A stretch of 64,000 nucleotides of DNA from a virus: the IMG/VR virus record IMGVR_UViG_3300013132_000023, positions 32,001 to 96,000 of that record. The stretch is one strand, 5' to 3'. Position 1 is the stretch's first letter. Every line of letters starts with the position of its first letter. Positions 10,133-20,702 of the stretch are shown here, piece by piece. The notes beneath the pieces were generated by a model. It was not told the DNA's origin, made no database searches, and was given only the letters and a program-made list of their open reading frames with translations. A program made the position numbers and the translations under genes.

Positions 10133-13100
10133 TCTCATTACTGATGGTTCTCTTGTTGGTTTTTGGCCACTGAACGAGCCGAGTGGAGCACCAATTTGGC
10201 AAAACTATTCCCCTGCTTTTGGTTTTGCTCCTAGTGGTATTGGGCTAGACTTGACGGTTGCTGTTGCAGACGTAAGCAATCTTGAGGAATTTATGTCAGT
10301 GTGGCCTGGGCGTGCCACCGTGTTTAATCCTGAGTCTGGTGTATTTTACACCGGGTATCAAGTGCAAGGAGCTTGGAAAACTGGTACCGATTCGTCTCCA
10401 TTGAGTCGTTATTTAGTAATGGCTGGTGGATCAAGTCGAGGAGCACAACAAATTTGGCAACCAGCCATTGCTAATAGTGGATTCACTGTTGGTTTTTGGG
10501 TATATCCAAATAGCAATGGTAATTTGTCTTTCTACTCTAACATGTTGGCTTCTACTAATTCAGCTATTGAAGCTTGTAGAGCACACACTCTTGTTGGAGC
10601 ATTTCAGTCGAACACGTCTAACGCTGGTTGGCACATTGGTATTTCCGGTGCTATGGATCGTGCAGCACAGTTCAATTTTGATGCTACTGCTGGTAATCAA
10701 TTACGTGCTTTTGCATTCATTGAAAAGACTGGTACTGCTGCTCCAGCAGATTTGTTAAGTGTACCTATTGAATCTGGAAAGTTTACCCATCTTTCATACA
10801 GCTTCCGATTTATCGATGGCGTTTCGAATCAGATTGTTCTTTATAAAGATGGTCATGTTGCCGTTAGTGGGACAACTTCAGCCAGCCTGACGGCAGCTAA
10901 TACAAATCTTATTACTAATGCTTTAGCACGTTCACTTACTGTTGGTGCTTCGGATGATGGAACTACCGCTACAGACGACTATGAACGTACGAGCGGATGG
11001 AATCATCTTGTTTCTGGTTTGTATTTTTTCAAGCGTGTTCTCAATGAAGGAGAAGTGCTTGAAATGCATCAGCGTGGTGGACTACAACCAGCACTTGAAC
11101 AGACTATTGTACCTTCTCCTACACGCCTTACGTCTAGCTACTTGATTGCGTATTATCCATTCATGGAGCCTGGATATGGCGACGTAAGCTCAACGCACTT
11201 GGCAGCTAATTCAAATTACGACGCCGGTTCTTCTTCTGAGCGTGTTTTTGCCCCTGGTCCACATGGTTTTGGTGGTGTTTTCCACAATGGAACAAACACG
11301 TCTAACTATCATGCTGTACCAAGTGGCGTATGCTTTGAAATGCTAGACGGTGGAAGCTGGACGTTTGGTACATGGTGTAGTCTTAATAACGCCGCTAACC
11401 GTGATGATAACATCTTCTTTTCGTGGGGTTCAGTAACTACCGTTACAAATGCAGCACTTGATCCTGCGTCTGCTGCTTTTACAACTAATACTGGCGGCAT
11501 CGTTGGTACTGTAAGTGGTGTAACAAACCAACAAAGAATTGCTATTGAAGTTTATACTCTTGGAAGCAACCGTAATGCTGCCTCTACTCGCGTGTTTAAT
11601 CTTGATGGATCTTTTGAGTATTACAATCAATCATGCTTTCATATTGCCCTAGCTTATGATAATGAAACAAGAGGACTTTCTGTTTTCCTCAATGGTCATT
11701 TAGCACAAAGCGGAACGTTACCTAATTCACTTACCGATCAGTTGCGTCGAATCACTGGTAGTGGATATCCGTTAATGTTTGGAAACGGAGTTCAAGACGG
11801 TATTTTGGATTCTGTGACACGCGGTTTGCATACTGGTGGAGGTATTGACATTTGGCTTGGTCCTTGTTTCATGGCAAATGGTGCTCTGAACACACAAACA
11901 GTACGCGGCATTGCCTTAAGCGGCATTGTTGATCTGTCTTCTATTTATCGCACACGTCATGATCCTCGTCTTGTTGGATATTGGCCATGTAATACCTATC
12001 TACTTTCTGACGTTTTAGTTCTTGATGAAGCACGCGTATGGAGCCGAGTACCAAGTCACTTGGTGCGTGGCGACTCAAGTCCTACGGATGAGCGTTGGTA
12101 TGACGTGGATTTAAATGATGCTGCTGGTAGCGTGTATCGTAATGACGGTACTGCACGCATTGATCACTTTGGAACGCGTACAAATCCTCCGGAGCTTTCT
12201 AGCTATGGTAACCTTGGGATTACTTCTGGTATTTTTGTTGCTAACGCTGGATCTTTAGGAACAGAAGGAGCAACTAATGCTGGTGAGTCTGAGTCGTCTT
12301 ATGGCAATAATTCTATTCGTCACAAGCCGGTAATAGAAACGAGATCTTCGTCAGCACAGAACATTGCGGGCGAGTATATTGTTGCTTTTGAAGTAACTCC
12401 TAGTGGTCGTATTCCGGCAGTAGACACTGTTCGTACTGCGGCAACTACTGCAATTCATACAAATTGTTTACTGTTTGCTATTGGTAATCAAGCTTCATCT
12501 CCAGGAGCGGGTGACGCTTCGTATCATGGTTTCTTGACTTCACTTAATGCTAATAATCCAGATCCGTTGGGATTTGATGCTGGTCTAGGTGGGTCTGGTG
12601 TGATTATTAAGATCATGGGCAGTGAGGATACAATTACTGCCGCTAATCAGATTCCTTTGGTTTCCGGTAGATTGCCTTTTGGAGTACCAAGCAAAGTGCT
12701 TGTACATACCAAATTTGATAATCCATATTTATTCAATGGTATTACTGCTGGTCAATCTTCGTATACTATTAGTCTATGGATTAATGGTGTTTTGACACAT
12801 AGACGTACTTTACCGCACGTCAATTCGCGTGTGTGGTCCGATGGTGTAGTTGAAGATGCTGCTTCTACTGTACTCGTACAGTTTGGTGGCGTTTTGGCAA
12901 GCGACCTATACACTTCTACTGTAGGGTGGCAAGCTGGTTTAGGCGATATCTTTATGCGTGAAATCTTCCTTATGAAGGGAGTTTTCTTAAAAGACGAAGT
13001 TGCAGCGTTGGCGAATAGCGGCATTCAGTCTCCGTCTATTGCTGGTTTTACAAATCAAATGTCTACTACGCAGGTTACAATTGCTGACGCAGACATTCAG

Positions 13101-15158
13101 GGTTACTGGCGTTTCAATGGTTTTGACGGTAATGGATCTGGTACTACTGATTTAAGTCCAAAAAACAATCATCTATTTCCGGCAGCACAAAGATACAACG
13201 ATACAATTGGTGCAACGCAAGCTGCTAATTACATTCGTTATGCACCGGCTATGTTTAAAGATAGTTCGCTCGGTGTTCAATGTAGCGGTATTTCGTACAA
13301 TTCTTTGCAGGTTACTAATAGTAATCCAAATAGATTGCCAATTTTTATGGCGTCTGGTTCTGTTTTTAACAATCCAAACGACGGCTTTTCAATTGGTTTC
13401 TTTGCAAAGAAAAAAGAAGACGTTGTACTAAGTCGTTTTGATCTTCTTTTGGCATACGGCATTATTCCAACTTCTGTTACAACTACAACAGTTGACAATG
13501 ATTACGGTTGGGTCATTGGACAAGATGACTCAGAAAATATGAAAATGATTATTTCGACAAGTGGCAATATGTACTTGTCGAATACAAACAACGCTGCTAT
13601 GTCTGGTCAAGTAATGTGTGGAATTTTCGGAGAAGGCACTAAGTCTTCTTCGCAAACTTCTTTGATTGCATTTGATCGTATTGGTAGAAGTGAAGTTAAG
13701 TCTCCGCGTCTAGATTCTTGGGCACATTATTGCTGGACTTATGATCCTGCGGATTTCACTGTTCGTTGTTATCTGAATGGCGAGCTTGTAGATTCTGTAC
13801 GAATGAAGCTTGCTGTAAACCCAGCTAATTCTATTCAGATTCCGGCAGATCCTTTCGTGCGTCATATTACGTTCTTGCAGCACGCAACTGATGCATGGAC
13901 ATTTAATACAATTAACATCTATGATTTTACGTCAGTATTGACAGATGTTTTCTATTTTAGTAGATCGCTATCTGAACCAGAGGTTCGTTACATTGCCTTG
14001 AACGGCATTGATGATGCAACGGGTACGGTTGCAAGTGGTGTAATTGGTGGTTTCGTACACGGACAAGATACTGGATCTGGTTTGATCGGTGGTTTGTCTC
14101 GTGGTCAAGACACTGCATCGGGCGTTATTGGTGCTTACATTTCTGCTAGTACGGCAGCGAGTGGCTTGATTGGTGGCTACGTATCTGGTATTGTGTTTGG
14201 TACAGGAACAATTGGTGGTTTCTTGCAAGGCGTTGATACAATGTCTGGCATTGCCGCTGGTTACGTTGTTGGTGTTTACCTGGGATCTGGCATGGTGGCC
14301 GGTTATATTCACGGTCAAAATGTTGGTTCTGGTTTGTTTGGTGGTTTAATTCTTGGTTCACAGGGTGCCATTAATTCTATTGGTGGTTTAATCCAGGCCA
14401 GTGATTTGGGTAGTGGTATTGTTGGTGGCTATATGCTTGGCGGTTTGTTAGGACGTATAGAATTTGATACCAGCTTTACTGTTGAAGTTATGGCAGCACA
14501 AGACTTCGATGCACAAATGGAAATCGCTAAGACTATTGCGTCTGATTTTGACGCTAAACTAGTGATTTTCCAGAACGAAGTACCGCCATTGGTAAGTATT
14601 ATTGTTCCGAATACTACCGTTAGTGGCTTAATGCCTCCGTTCAATCAGTATTTCGTAGGCGTTGCCTCCGGTCAGCGGGGTAAGACAATCACTCAAACTC
14701 GTTGGAACTTCAGCGACTTTACGCCTTCCGTTAGCGTAGCCGTAAGTGGTGCTGGATTCTATCCAATTCAACATCGTTTTGCTGCAAGTGGATTCTACAT
14801 TGTCCGTTTTGAAGCAATTGACTCAGATGGATTGCATGCGTCAGCTACACGTATTGTGAACGCTGCATCTGGTATTAATCCAGTAATCGTAAGCTTGTCT
14901 GGTGTACCTCGTTCTGGTAATGCTGGTTTGACGGTAGACTTTACTACAACTGTTGACATCTTGCCGCCTGGAGTAAGCATTGTTTCTCGTCTTCTGGCAT
15001 TTGATGACGGACAAACGACTACGGCATTTAGTCCAACGCACGTTTACACGGAGCCCGGTACGTATAAACCAATTTGGTGTGTTCGAGATTCGCGTGGTGT
15101 TACGTGGTGTGATAGCTTGGAAGCCGGTAATGATTTCCTCGCAAACGGAGGGGCGTAA
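10125..15158 (+). CDS. large virion protein with multiple LamG/concanavalin-A-like domains, a 14-aa repeat stalk and C-terminal PKD-like domains
   Basis: Four domain starts of LamG type (LVGFWPLNE, LIAYYPFME, LVGYWPCNT, IQGYWRFNG) with matching FTVGFWVYP, VLYKDG, WAHYCWTYD...CYLNGELVD and YFSRSLSEPEV motifs; two PKD-like ends (HRFAASGFYIVRFEAIDSDG, HVYTEPGTYKPIWCVRDSRG). Confidence 0.75.
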   Translation: MPNLITDGSLVGFWPLNEPSGAPIWQNYSPAFGFAPSGIGLDLTVAVADVSNLEEFMSVWPGRATVFNPESGVFYTGYQVQGAWKTGTDSSPLSRYLVMAGGSSRGAQQIWQPAIANSGFTVGFWVYPNSNGNLSFYSNMLASTNSAIEACRAHTLVGAFQSNTSNAGWHIGISGAMDRAAQFNFDATAGNQLRAFAFIEKTGTAAPADLLSVPIESGKFTHLSYSFRFIDGVSNQIVLYKDGHVAVSGTTSASLTAANTNLITNALARSLTVGASDDGTTATDDYERTSGWNHLVSGLYFFKRVLNEGEVLEMHQRGGLQPALEQTIVPSPTRLTSSYLIAYYPFMEPGYGDVSSTHLAANSNYDAGSSSERVFAPGPHGFGGVFHNGTNTSNYHAVPSGVCFEMLDGGSWTFGTWCSLNNAANRDDNIFFSWGSVTTVTNAALDPASAAFTTNTGGIVGTVSGVTNQQRIAIEVYTLGSNRNAASTRVFNLDGSFEYYNQSCFHIALAYDNETRGLSVFLNGHLAQSGTLPNSLTDQLRRITGSGYPLMFGNGVQDGILDSVTRGLHTGGGIDIWLGPCFMANGALNTQTVRGIALSGIVDLSSIYRTRHDPRLVGYWPCNTYLLSDVLVLDEARVWSRVPSHLVRGDSSPTDERWYDVDLNDAAGSVYRNDGTARIDHFGTRTNPPELSSYGNLGITSGIFVANAGSLGTEGATNAGESESSYGNNSIRHKPVIETRSSSAQNIAGEYIVAFEVTPSGRIPAVDTVRTAATTAIHTNCLLFAIGNQASSPGAGDASYHGFLTSLNANNPDPLGFDAGLGGSGVIIKIMGSEDTITAANQIPLVSGRLPFGVPSKVLVHTKFDNPYLFNGITAGQSSYTISLWINGVLTHRRTLPHVNSRVWSDGVVEDAASTVLVQFGGVLASDLYTSTVGWQAGLGDIFMREIFLMKGVFLKDEVAALANSGIQSPSIAGFTNQMSTTQVTIADADIQGYWRFNGFDGNGSGTTDLSPKNNHLFPAAQRYNDTIGATQAANYIRYAPAMFKDSSLGVQCSGISYNSLQVTNSNPNRLPIFMASGSVFNNPNDGFSIGFFAKKKEDVVLSRFDLLLAYGIIPTSVTTTTVDNDYGWVIGQDDSENMKMIISTSGNMYLSNTNNAAMSGQVMCGIFGEGTKSSSQTSLIAFDRIGRSEVKSPRLDSWAHYCWTYDPADFTVRCYLNGELVDSVRMKLAVNPANSIQIPADPFVRHITFLQHATDAWTFNTINIYDFTSVLTDVFYFSRSLSEPEVRYIALNGIDDATGTVASGVIGGFVHGQDTGSGLIGGLSRGQDTASGVIGAYISASTAASGLIGGYVSGIVFGTGTIGGFLQGVDTMSGIAAGYVVGVYLGSGMVAGYIHGQNVGSGLFGGLILGSQGAINSIGGLIQASDLGSGIVGGYMLGGLLGRIEFDTSFTVEVMAAQDFDAQMEIAKTIASDFDAKLVIFQNEVPPLVSIIVPNTTVSGLMPPFNQYFVGVASGQRGKTITQTRWNFSDFTPSVSVAVSGAGFYPIQHRFAASGFYIVRFEAIDSDGLHASATRIVNAASGINPVIVSLSGVPRSGNAGLTVDFTTTVDILPPGVSIVSRLLAFDDGQTTTAFSPTHVYTEPGTYKPIWCVRDSRGVTWCDSLEAGNDFLANGGA
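14034..14453 (+). repeat. ten tandem 14-aa (42-nt) repeats, consensus SG(V/L/I)IGG(Y/F/L)xxGxxxG
   Basis: SGVIGGFVHGQDTG / SGLIGGLSRGQDTA / SGVIGAYISASTAA / SGLIGGYVSGIVFG / TGTIGGFLQGVDTM / SGIAAGYVVGVYLG / SGMVAGYIHGQNVG / SGLFGGLILGSQGA / INSIGGLIQASDLG / SGIVGGYMLGGLLG. Confidence 0.9.
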
Positions 15159-15161
15159 GGT

Positions 15162-18100
15162 ATGAATATTCTTGTTTCGAATGGAGTTGTCGTAAGTGGC
15201 GTAGGAGTGCCGCTTAATGGTATTGCGTGGCCTTCTGGTCAGTTTAATAGCAATGCCCCAGGGTCACAGCTTTGTGCCTTTTTGTCTTCTGTTAATGCTA
15301 CGTTTGGTTTCAATGTAACGCCTCATTCCTTTCAAACCGAGTGGATTCCTTGTGGCGATTCTTGTGCATTTCATGGTGCCTCTGGACAATTGCCCAATAT
15401 TGGTCATCCGTTAGAATTGTTTGTTGGCGACTTCTTTTTCCGTGGTCGCGTAACACACGCAGACTATACTACGACTACTGGTGGCACTGTAGTTGGTATA
15501 ACTGTAGAGGATGATCGTCGTCAATTACGTCGCGTTAAGATTCATACTGAAGACCTAGGAGAAGACGCACCAAGCGGTGTCGTTTCAATTGCCCGTGCTT
15601 ATCGTATAGTCAATGGTTTGAACGATCTCAACGGTGATCCAAACGATCCAAATATTAGAGAGTATCGTCGCATTTTGCAATTTGGTGGAACGTATAATCA
15701 GTTATTGACGGCTATTCAGCTTCATTTTAACCAAGGAAAATGTTCGATTGCTGTTACGGAACTTCCAACAGCGGAACAACTTGAAAGCAATATTGGTGGC
15801 ACAATTGACGCTCTGCGTTTTCAGTTTAATCTGACGACTCTTGATGAAGCCATTACTCGTATCCTTCAAGATACTGGTTACGATTGGTACTGGAACATGG
15901 ACGCTCAGCGTCTAAATCTAATTAACAAGAAGGTAGCTTTTGATCTATCTGAAAATGATATTCTGGATCTTGTGTCGCAATTTGGTAGTGCGAGTGGATT
16001 AAACGAAACAAAGCAACTGGGTTTTGGTCAGGACGTTGTTCCGGATCCAACACGTTTTCGTGTACTTGGTGGACACCAAGAAGGTTTCATTAACTCACAT
16101 TTATTGAGTCCAATTGATGGTCTTGATACATTTGGTTTAGACGGTCACGTAAACAAAGACGTTAAGAGTTCTGGAATCAACATTGTTTTCACACCAGCTT
16201 GGTCTCGTTTGACAATAGGCTTTTATGACGCAGACGGTTTTTATCGTACGTACATACCTACTGAAAAAGAGCTACAACTTGCTCTTGCTGGCATTGAACA
16301 GTGGACGTATTTCAAGATTTATCAAACAGATCTGACGACGGCTAATCCACCAGGATTTGCTTTGCCGGTAGACGCAGGATCGATTGCAGCACAACATCCA
16401 ACTTTCCAGAGTCGTTTGGATCCAGTTATGCCGTTGGCAGCATTTGGAACCGGCAATGAAGCATCTGGTATTCGTATTATTAGCAATAGACGTGACCAGG
16501 AGCAAAACTGGGTTTTGTCTTTTTATTCACGCATTAGCGATCACGCGTCACGTCACTATGGACGTTCGTATGTAGCCGAAGGACTGTTGTTCAATGAAGC
16601 GTCTGGTTTGTTCCGTCTTGTTGATGCGGCTTGGGCAAACGTAGAGAATCAAGTTCAGGGATACGGTCTTTCAACTTCAGGCGTTGTGATATCGGTTGGT
16701 AGTGGTGTTTACTTAGAAGATTACGAAATCAATCGTGCTCTTGGTCCTATTAGTCCGTTCGTCACTGACGATTTCCGTGTACGTGCGTACTGCCGTCTTC
16801 CGGCTAGTACGGTTTATGGTCCGCAGGGCGATAGTAATCCTGCTGGCTTTGGTAACTGGACAGAAGACGCACCTCCTTTTAATCCTACTGGTTCGGGCGA
16901 TCACTATATCCCCGTTCAGTTAACACTGGTTGGTAATCGCGTAGAAGACCCTCGTAGTGACGAGCTTTATTCTTTTGAAGATTACCCCGAGGGTACGATA
17001 TGGTGTCAATTGCCAATTAACGCTGGACCATCGGGCGGTCTTCGCGTTGATCCAATCATTAGGCAGTTGTCTACATTAGTCACTACGAATACAAAGCTTG
17101 CTGGTTCTGGCTTGACGGATATCATTAATCCAGCAATTGTCTTGAACGTTTATGATTCTTTGTCTGGTGTAGCTATTCCAGTAGAAGCACGTAGTCGTTA
17201 TGGTCAAACGTATCCAGGCCAATGGGTTTTGGGAGATCTGCATTATGAACGTGATGAAGACGTTCAGCTTGATGATCAATTTGTACCTTGGGCTTATTCT
17301 CCCGAAGGTAATCAAACGTCTTTACAGATTATGACGGATCGTGCTATTCGTCGTGTACAAGGTAAGATTGTACCGCGTAGTTCTTCACGATATGCTGACT
17401 TCCAACAAGTTGGATTACCATTGTTGTCTTTTGATGCATTTGCAGAACAAGGCATTGGTCCTTCTGGTCGCTATGGTGAAATCAGTCATGGTGTTAGCGA
17501 ATTGAATATTTCGTTTGGCATCGAAGGATTTGGAACTCGCTATAAGATACAGTCCTACTTCCCGAAGTTTGGTCGTGAAGCACCGCTTGGTGAGCGTGTG
17601 CGTGCTCAACTTAATGGCGTAATCAATCCTATCGATTTTACTGACTTGTCATTGTTGAATCCTCTGCCGGGTAATCCTCCTGATCCGTTGTTACCGGGCG
17701 ATTCATTCTTGCCGCCTATTTTCTTCGATAGAGAAAAACGAGCCGTTCGTGTAACCATTACGGACGTTACTAATGTTTTCACGCTTGGTAGCAATCCTGC
17801 GACCCAAGAAGAAGAACGTTATCGTGGTCTTGATCAGAATTCGTATTACAAGCCGCCTTTTGGTTTTTCTTCTAGCAATCCGGATTTCGCGAAAGGTGCT
17901 ATTTGTATTGATGGTTTCCTGAATGTTGGAGATGAAGCACTGTATCATACGGACGAATTTGAATTGCCCGGTGGTAATCGCGTGCTGAGATACTTCACTC
18001 AGGGGCGTCCTTTTGGAAATGGTACGATTGTACAAATTCAAAATGTCAACGCTAACGATCTTTCGGCATATGACGTTACTATCGTAGACCCTACAACTCT

Positions 18101-18530
18101 CTCAACGTTAGGTGTTGAGCGTGCTATTCTTGGCGTACAAGTTCTTAATGGTTCTGTTTCAATTGGAGATCGTACTACGCTTGCAGCACAAGGAGATGCA
18201 CCTATTGCTCCAGGAGCAAGCAATGGTACTATCTATGTAGCTGGTACTGTTCAAGATTCTGCTGGTGTTACACCAGTTGAGATTGTTGAAGTAAGCCTTG
18301 CAACTACTGTTAATGCTCGTGCAACTTGCAGAATACTTAACAATAATGGTGTTGTTGTTACGTCTGGTACGTTGTATTCAGATGTAGTACCGATTCCATA
18401 TCCACAGTTTGCTACATCTGGTGATCGTGGTTTCTTAACCAGGGCAACCGTTCCAAGCGGAACGCTTGGTGCTACAGCTCAAGTAAATTTCATTCAGATA
18501 GTAAAGCCAGCATTTATTAGGTACGCGTAA
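15162..18530 (+). CDS. large putative tail/baseplate protein
   Basis: 1122 aa; the N-terminal part resembles hub-type tail proteins (LELFVGDFFFRGRV...ITVEDDR; AITRILQDTGYDWYW). Located in the tail module. Confidence 0.6.
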   Translation: MNILVSNGVVVSGVGVPLNGIAWPSGQFNSNAPGSQLCAFLSSVNATFGFNVTPHSFQTEWIPCGDSCAFHGASGQLPNIGHPLELFVGDFFFRGRVTHADYTTTTGGTVVGITVEDDRRQLRRVKIHTEDLGEDAPSGVVSIARAYRIVNGLNDLNGDPNDPNIREYRRILQFGGTYNQLLTAIQLHFNQGKCSIAVTELPTAEQLESNIGGTIDALRFQFNLTTLDEAITRILQDTGYDWYWNMDAQRLNLINKKVAFDLSENDILDLVSQFGSASGLNETKQLGFGQDVVPDPTRFRVLGGHQEGFINSHLLSPIDGLDTFGLDGHVNKDVKSSGINIVFTPAWSRLTIGFYDADGFYRTYIPTEKELQLALAGIEQWTYFKIYQTDLTTANPPGFALPVDAGSIAAQHPTFQSRLDPVMPLAAFGTGNEASGIRIISNRRDQEQNWVLSFYSRISDHASRHYGRSYVAEGLLFNEASGLFRLVDAAWANVENQVQGYGLSTSGVVISVGSGVYLEDYEINRALGPISPFVTDDFRVRAYCRLPASTVYGPQGDSNPAGFGNWTEDAPPFNPTGSGDHYIPVQLTLVGNRVEDPRSDELYSFEDYPEGTIWCQLPINAGPSGGLRVDPIIRQLSTLVTTNTKLAGSGLTDIINPAIVLNVYDSLSGVAIPVEARSRYGQTYPGQWVLGDLHYERDEDVQLDDQFVPWAYSPEGNQTSLQIMTDRAIRRVQGKIVPRSSSRYADFQQVGLPLLSFDAFAEQGIGPSGRYGEISHGVSELNISFGIEGFGTRYKIQSYFPKFGREAPLGERVRAQLNGVINPIDFTDLSLLNPLPGNPPDPLLPGDSFLPPIFFDREKRAVRVTITDVTNVFTLGSNPATQEEERYRGLDQNSYYKPPFGFSSSNPDFAKGAICIDGFLNVGDEALYHTDEFELPGGNRVLRYFTQGRPFGNGTIVQIQNVNANDLSAYDVTIVDPTTLSTLGVERAILGVQVLNGSVSIGDRTTLAAQGDAPIAPGASNGTIYVAGTVQDSAGVTPVEIVEVSLATTVNARATCRILNNNGVVVTSGTLYSDVVPIPYPQFATSGDRGFLTRATVPSGTLGATAQVNFIQIVKPAFIRYA

Positions 18531-20608
18531 TGGTTATGCAATCAGGTGTAGTGCCGTATGAGTACGCTCATGGCGGCAGAAGATTTGAATCAAAGCCTAT
18601 CCCGTTGGGCTTGTCTGGCATTTTGCTAGAACAGGCACAGTTTGTAATTACTGCTGAAATTAGAAAATGGATTGGTGATTACTCTGACTTGCAGCCATTC
18701 AATGTATACATCAATACGGACGCTTTGCCATCTGGACAATATGAACCAAAGGCTAATGGTACAACCTTAGACAATGCTCTTAATCCGGGGGCAGTTGTTT
18801 TTGTTGATCACATTTTAGAGTGTCGTGCAGCGTTGAATGTACTCTTAAATTTGTACGAAGCTGACACTGACTTAGACACATATCAATATCGTGCAGGGTG
18901 GCTACAAGCTTTGTTTCCTGAAAGTACGAGTGGATTCATAAATGGCTCTGACGATCAAGCATTTTTCACTGGAATTGGGCATTGGCGACATAGAAGACCA
19001 TCAGAAATTGGAATTATCGATTATGTTTCTGATGAAGTTTTAGGAGCATCTGGCGTCTTATACGATATCGATTTTTCAGAAGTGATGTTCAATCCGGCAC
19101 CACATATTGCTGGTTTGGGCTTTGATGAGGCACATGGACTCAGGGTAAACAATACGAATGATACCTTTGCTATTCAACAATACCCGGTCTTTCCAGCTTT
19201 TCAAAAGACCGATGGCTCTATTATTGATTTGAACGGTAGAGAGCCAGCTAATTTGTCTACATACAGAACGTCACACGTATCGTCTGGAGCGTTGCGTTTA
19301 CATGGATACATGCTGAGACCACAGACGAAACTCATGTTATCTAGGGAGCGTACGTTTGGCAGCGATGTAGACTTTACGATTTTTTCCGAAGGTATTCGTG
19401 CTCCATACAATCCTAATGTACCAACAACGCTTGTCTTTATCACTCCAACTTCACAAGGTAGTGGAGTGTATAGAATTGGTGCAGCTAATAGATTCGTAGA
19501 CTTTCCAAATGCAACTATTGAGTCGGGTATTTTTAGTCACTGGCCACCAATAGAAGTGTATTGGCCTTCGGATCATCCAACAAGCTCTACTACCACTACT
19601 GCCAATGGTGGTTATCATGTCTTTAATGACTGCATATGGATGACAGACGTATCCTTGAGTTCGTCTTTTGGCGGTCCTAACTTTGGATATCCTTCTGGTC
19701 TTGCTGTTTTGTCTCCGTATACAGGACACAGAATGTGGCTTCGTTATGCGGATATGACACCAATAGACATTGATGTTTTTGGAGGCATCAATAAGCGTAA
19801 TTGGGGAACTGGAAAAGGACTAGAGCGTGTTTCGTCAAACAACATCTATCGTGTCGCTCCAATAGTTGCAAAATCAACACCTACCCCTACTTCCGGACAG
19901 TTTGTTTTCGGTTGCTACAATGACAATCTAGATCTTGTAACGACTATCACAACAATTTCATCTTCTCCTAATGGTGACAACCTTTTTCCTCTCGGAGGTG
20001 CAGTCATTTCTCTTAGTGATTTTTGGTTTAACGGATCAAACTACTTTGTTGCCAATGCAGAATTCGTTGGTTTTGATTTGTGGAAATTAGACTCTTCGTT
20101 CAGTTACGTCACTAAGTATGTTTTCAATCGTCCTAGTGGAATACATAATGCAAGAGGAGCTTATGTTAATGGTCAAGATGTTCTATTCTATTTTGTACTA
20201 AACAATGCTCCTGGTGATGCAAATTTTGCTACAAGCGGTATATTTCCAATCAACTTTATTGATGAAGGCAGTGATCCGTTTGATAATTCGGCTAATCTTG
20301 GTCCGGTTGGTGAAGCTGAAATTTCGCCAGCGACCGCAAAATACATCAATGGTGCGGCACAACTTGGTGTAGCTCAGACCGCTGAAATCATGGATCTTTT
20401 TGAAGTAACGTCGTCAACTCACGTTGTTCCTGGTGTTTATGCTATCGTTCGTTTTAAGCTAAATACGAATCCCTTTAATGGTGGCGATTTGTATCTTTTA
20501 CGCTTGCAGGAAACCTCTACGGCTTGGGAAATTGTAGCATTGACGAGACTTGAAACTGCCGTCAATTCTTTTATGCCAAGACGTGAATTACTGTATATGG
20601 GCTATTAG
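18530..20608 (+). CDS. putative virion structural / receptor-binding protein
   Basis: 692 aa, TAATG-coupled, aromatic- and beta-rich C-terminal half. Confidence 0.55.
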   Translation: MVMQSGVVPYEYAHGGRRFESKPIPLGLSGILLEQAQFVITAEIRKWIGDYSDLQPFNVYINTDALPSGQYEPKANGTTLDNALNPGAVVFVDHILECRAALNVLLNLYEADTDLDTYQYRAGWLQALFPESTSGFINGSDDQAFFTGIGHWRHRRPSEIGIIDYVSDEVLGASGVLYDIDFSEVMFNPAPHIAGLGFDEAHGLRVNNTNDTFAIQQYPVFPAFQKTDGSIIDLNGREPANLSTYRTSHVSSGALRLHGYMLRPQTKLMLSRERTFGSDVDFTIFSEGIRAPYNPNVPTTLVFITPTSQGSGVYRIGAANRFVDFPNATIESGIFSHWPPIEVYWPSDHPTSSTTTTANGGYHVFNDCIWMTDVSLSSSFGGPNFGYPSGLAVLSPYTGHRMWLRYADMTPIDIDVFGGINKRNWGTGKGLERVSSNNIYRVAPIVAKSTPTPTSGQFVFGCYNDNLDLVTTITTISSSPNGDNLFPLGGAVISLSDFWFNGSNYFVANAEFVGFDLWKLDSSFSYVTKYVFNRPSGIHNARGAYVNGQDVLFYFVLNNAPGDANFATSGIFPINFIDEGSDPFDNSANLGPVGEAEISPATAKYINGAAQLGVAQTAEIMDLFEVTSSTHVVPGVYAIVRFKLNTNPFNGGDLYLLRLQETSTAWEIVALTRLETAVNSFMPRRELLYMGY

Positions 20609-20614
20609 TGTATT
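20606..20614 (+). promoter_or_regulatory. TAGTGTATT motif, candidate phage late promoter element
   Basis: Third copy; shares the 15-mer TTAGTGTATTCTTTT with the copy at 9295; its TAG is the upstream stop codon. Confidence 0.6.
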
Positions 20615-20702
20615 CTTTTGCAAGCATTGATGTGTTTGTCATAGCATGGTCCGAAGTAACGTTCCTGTTTTAGGATAGTTGCTTTGACTTAGGAGATAAA
20701 AG

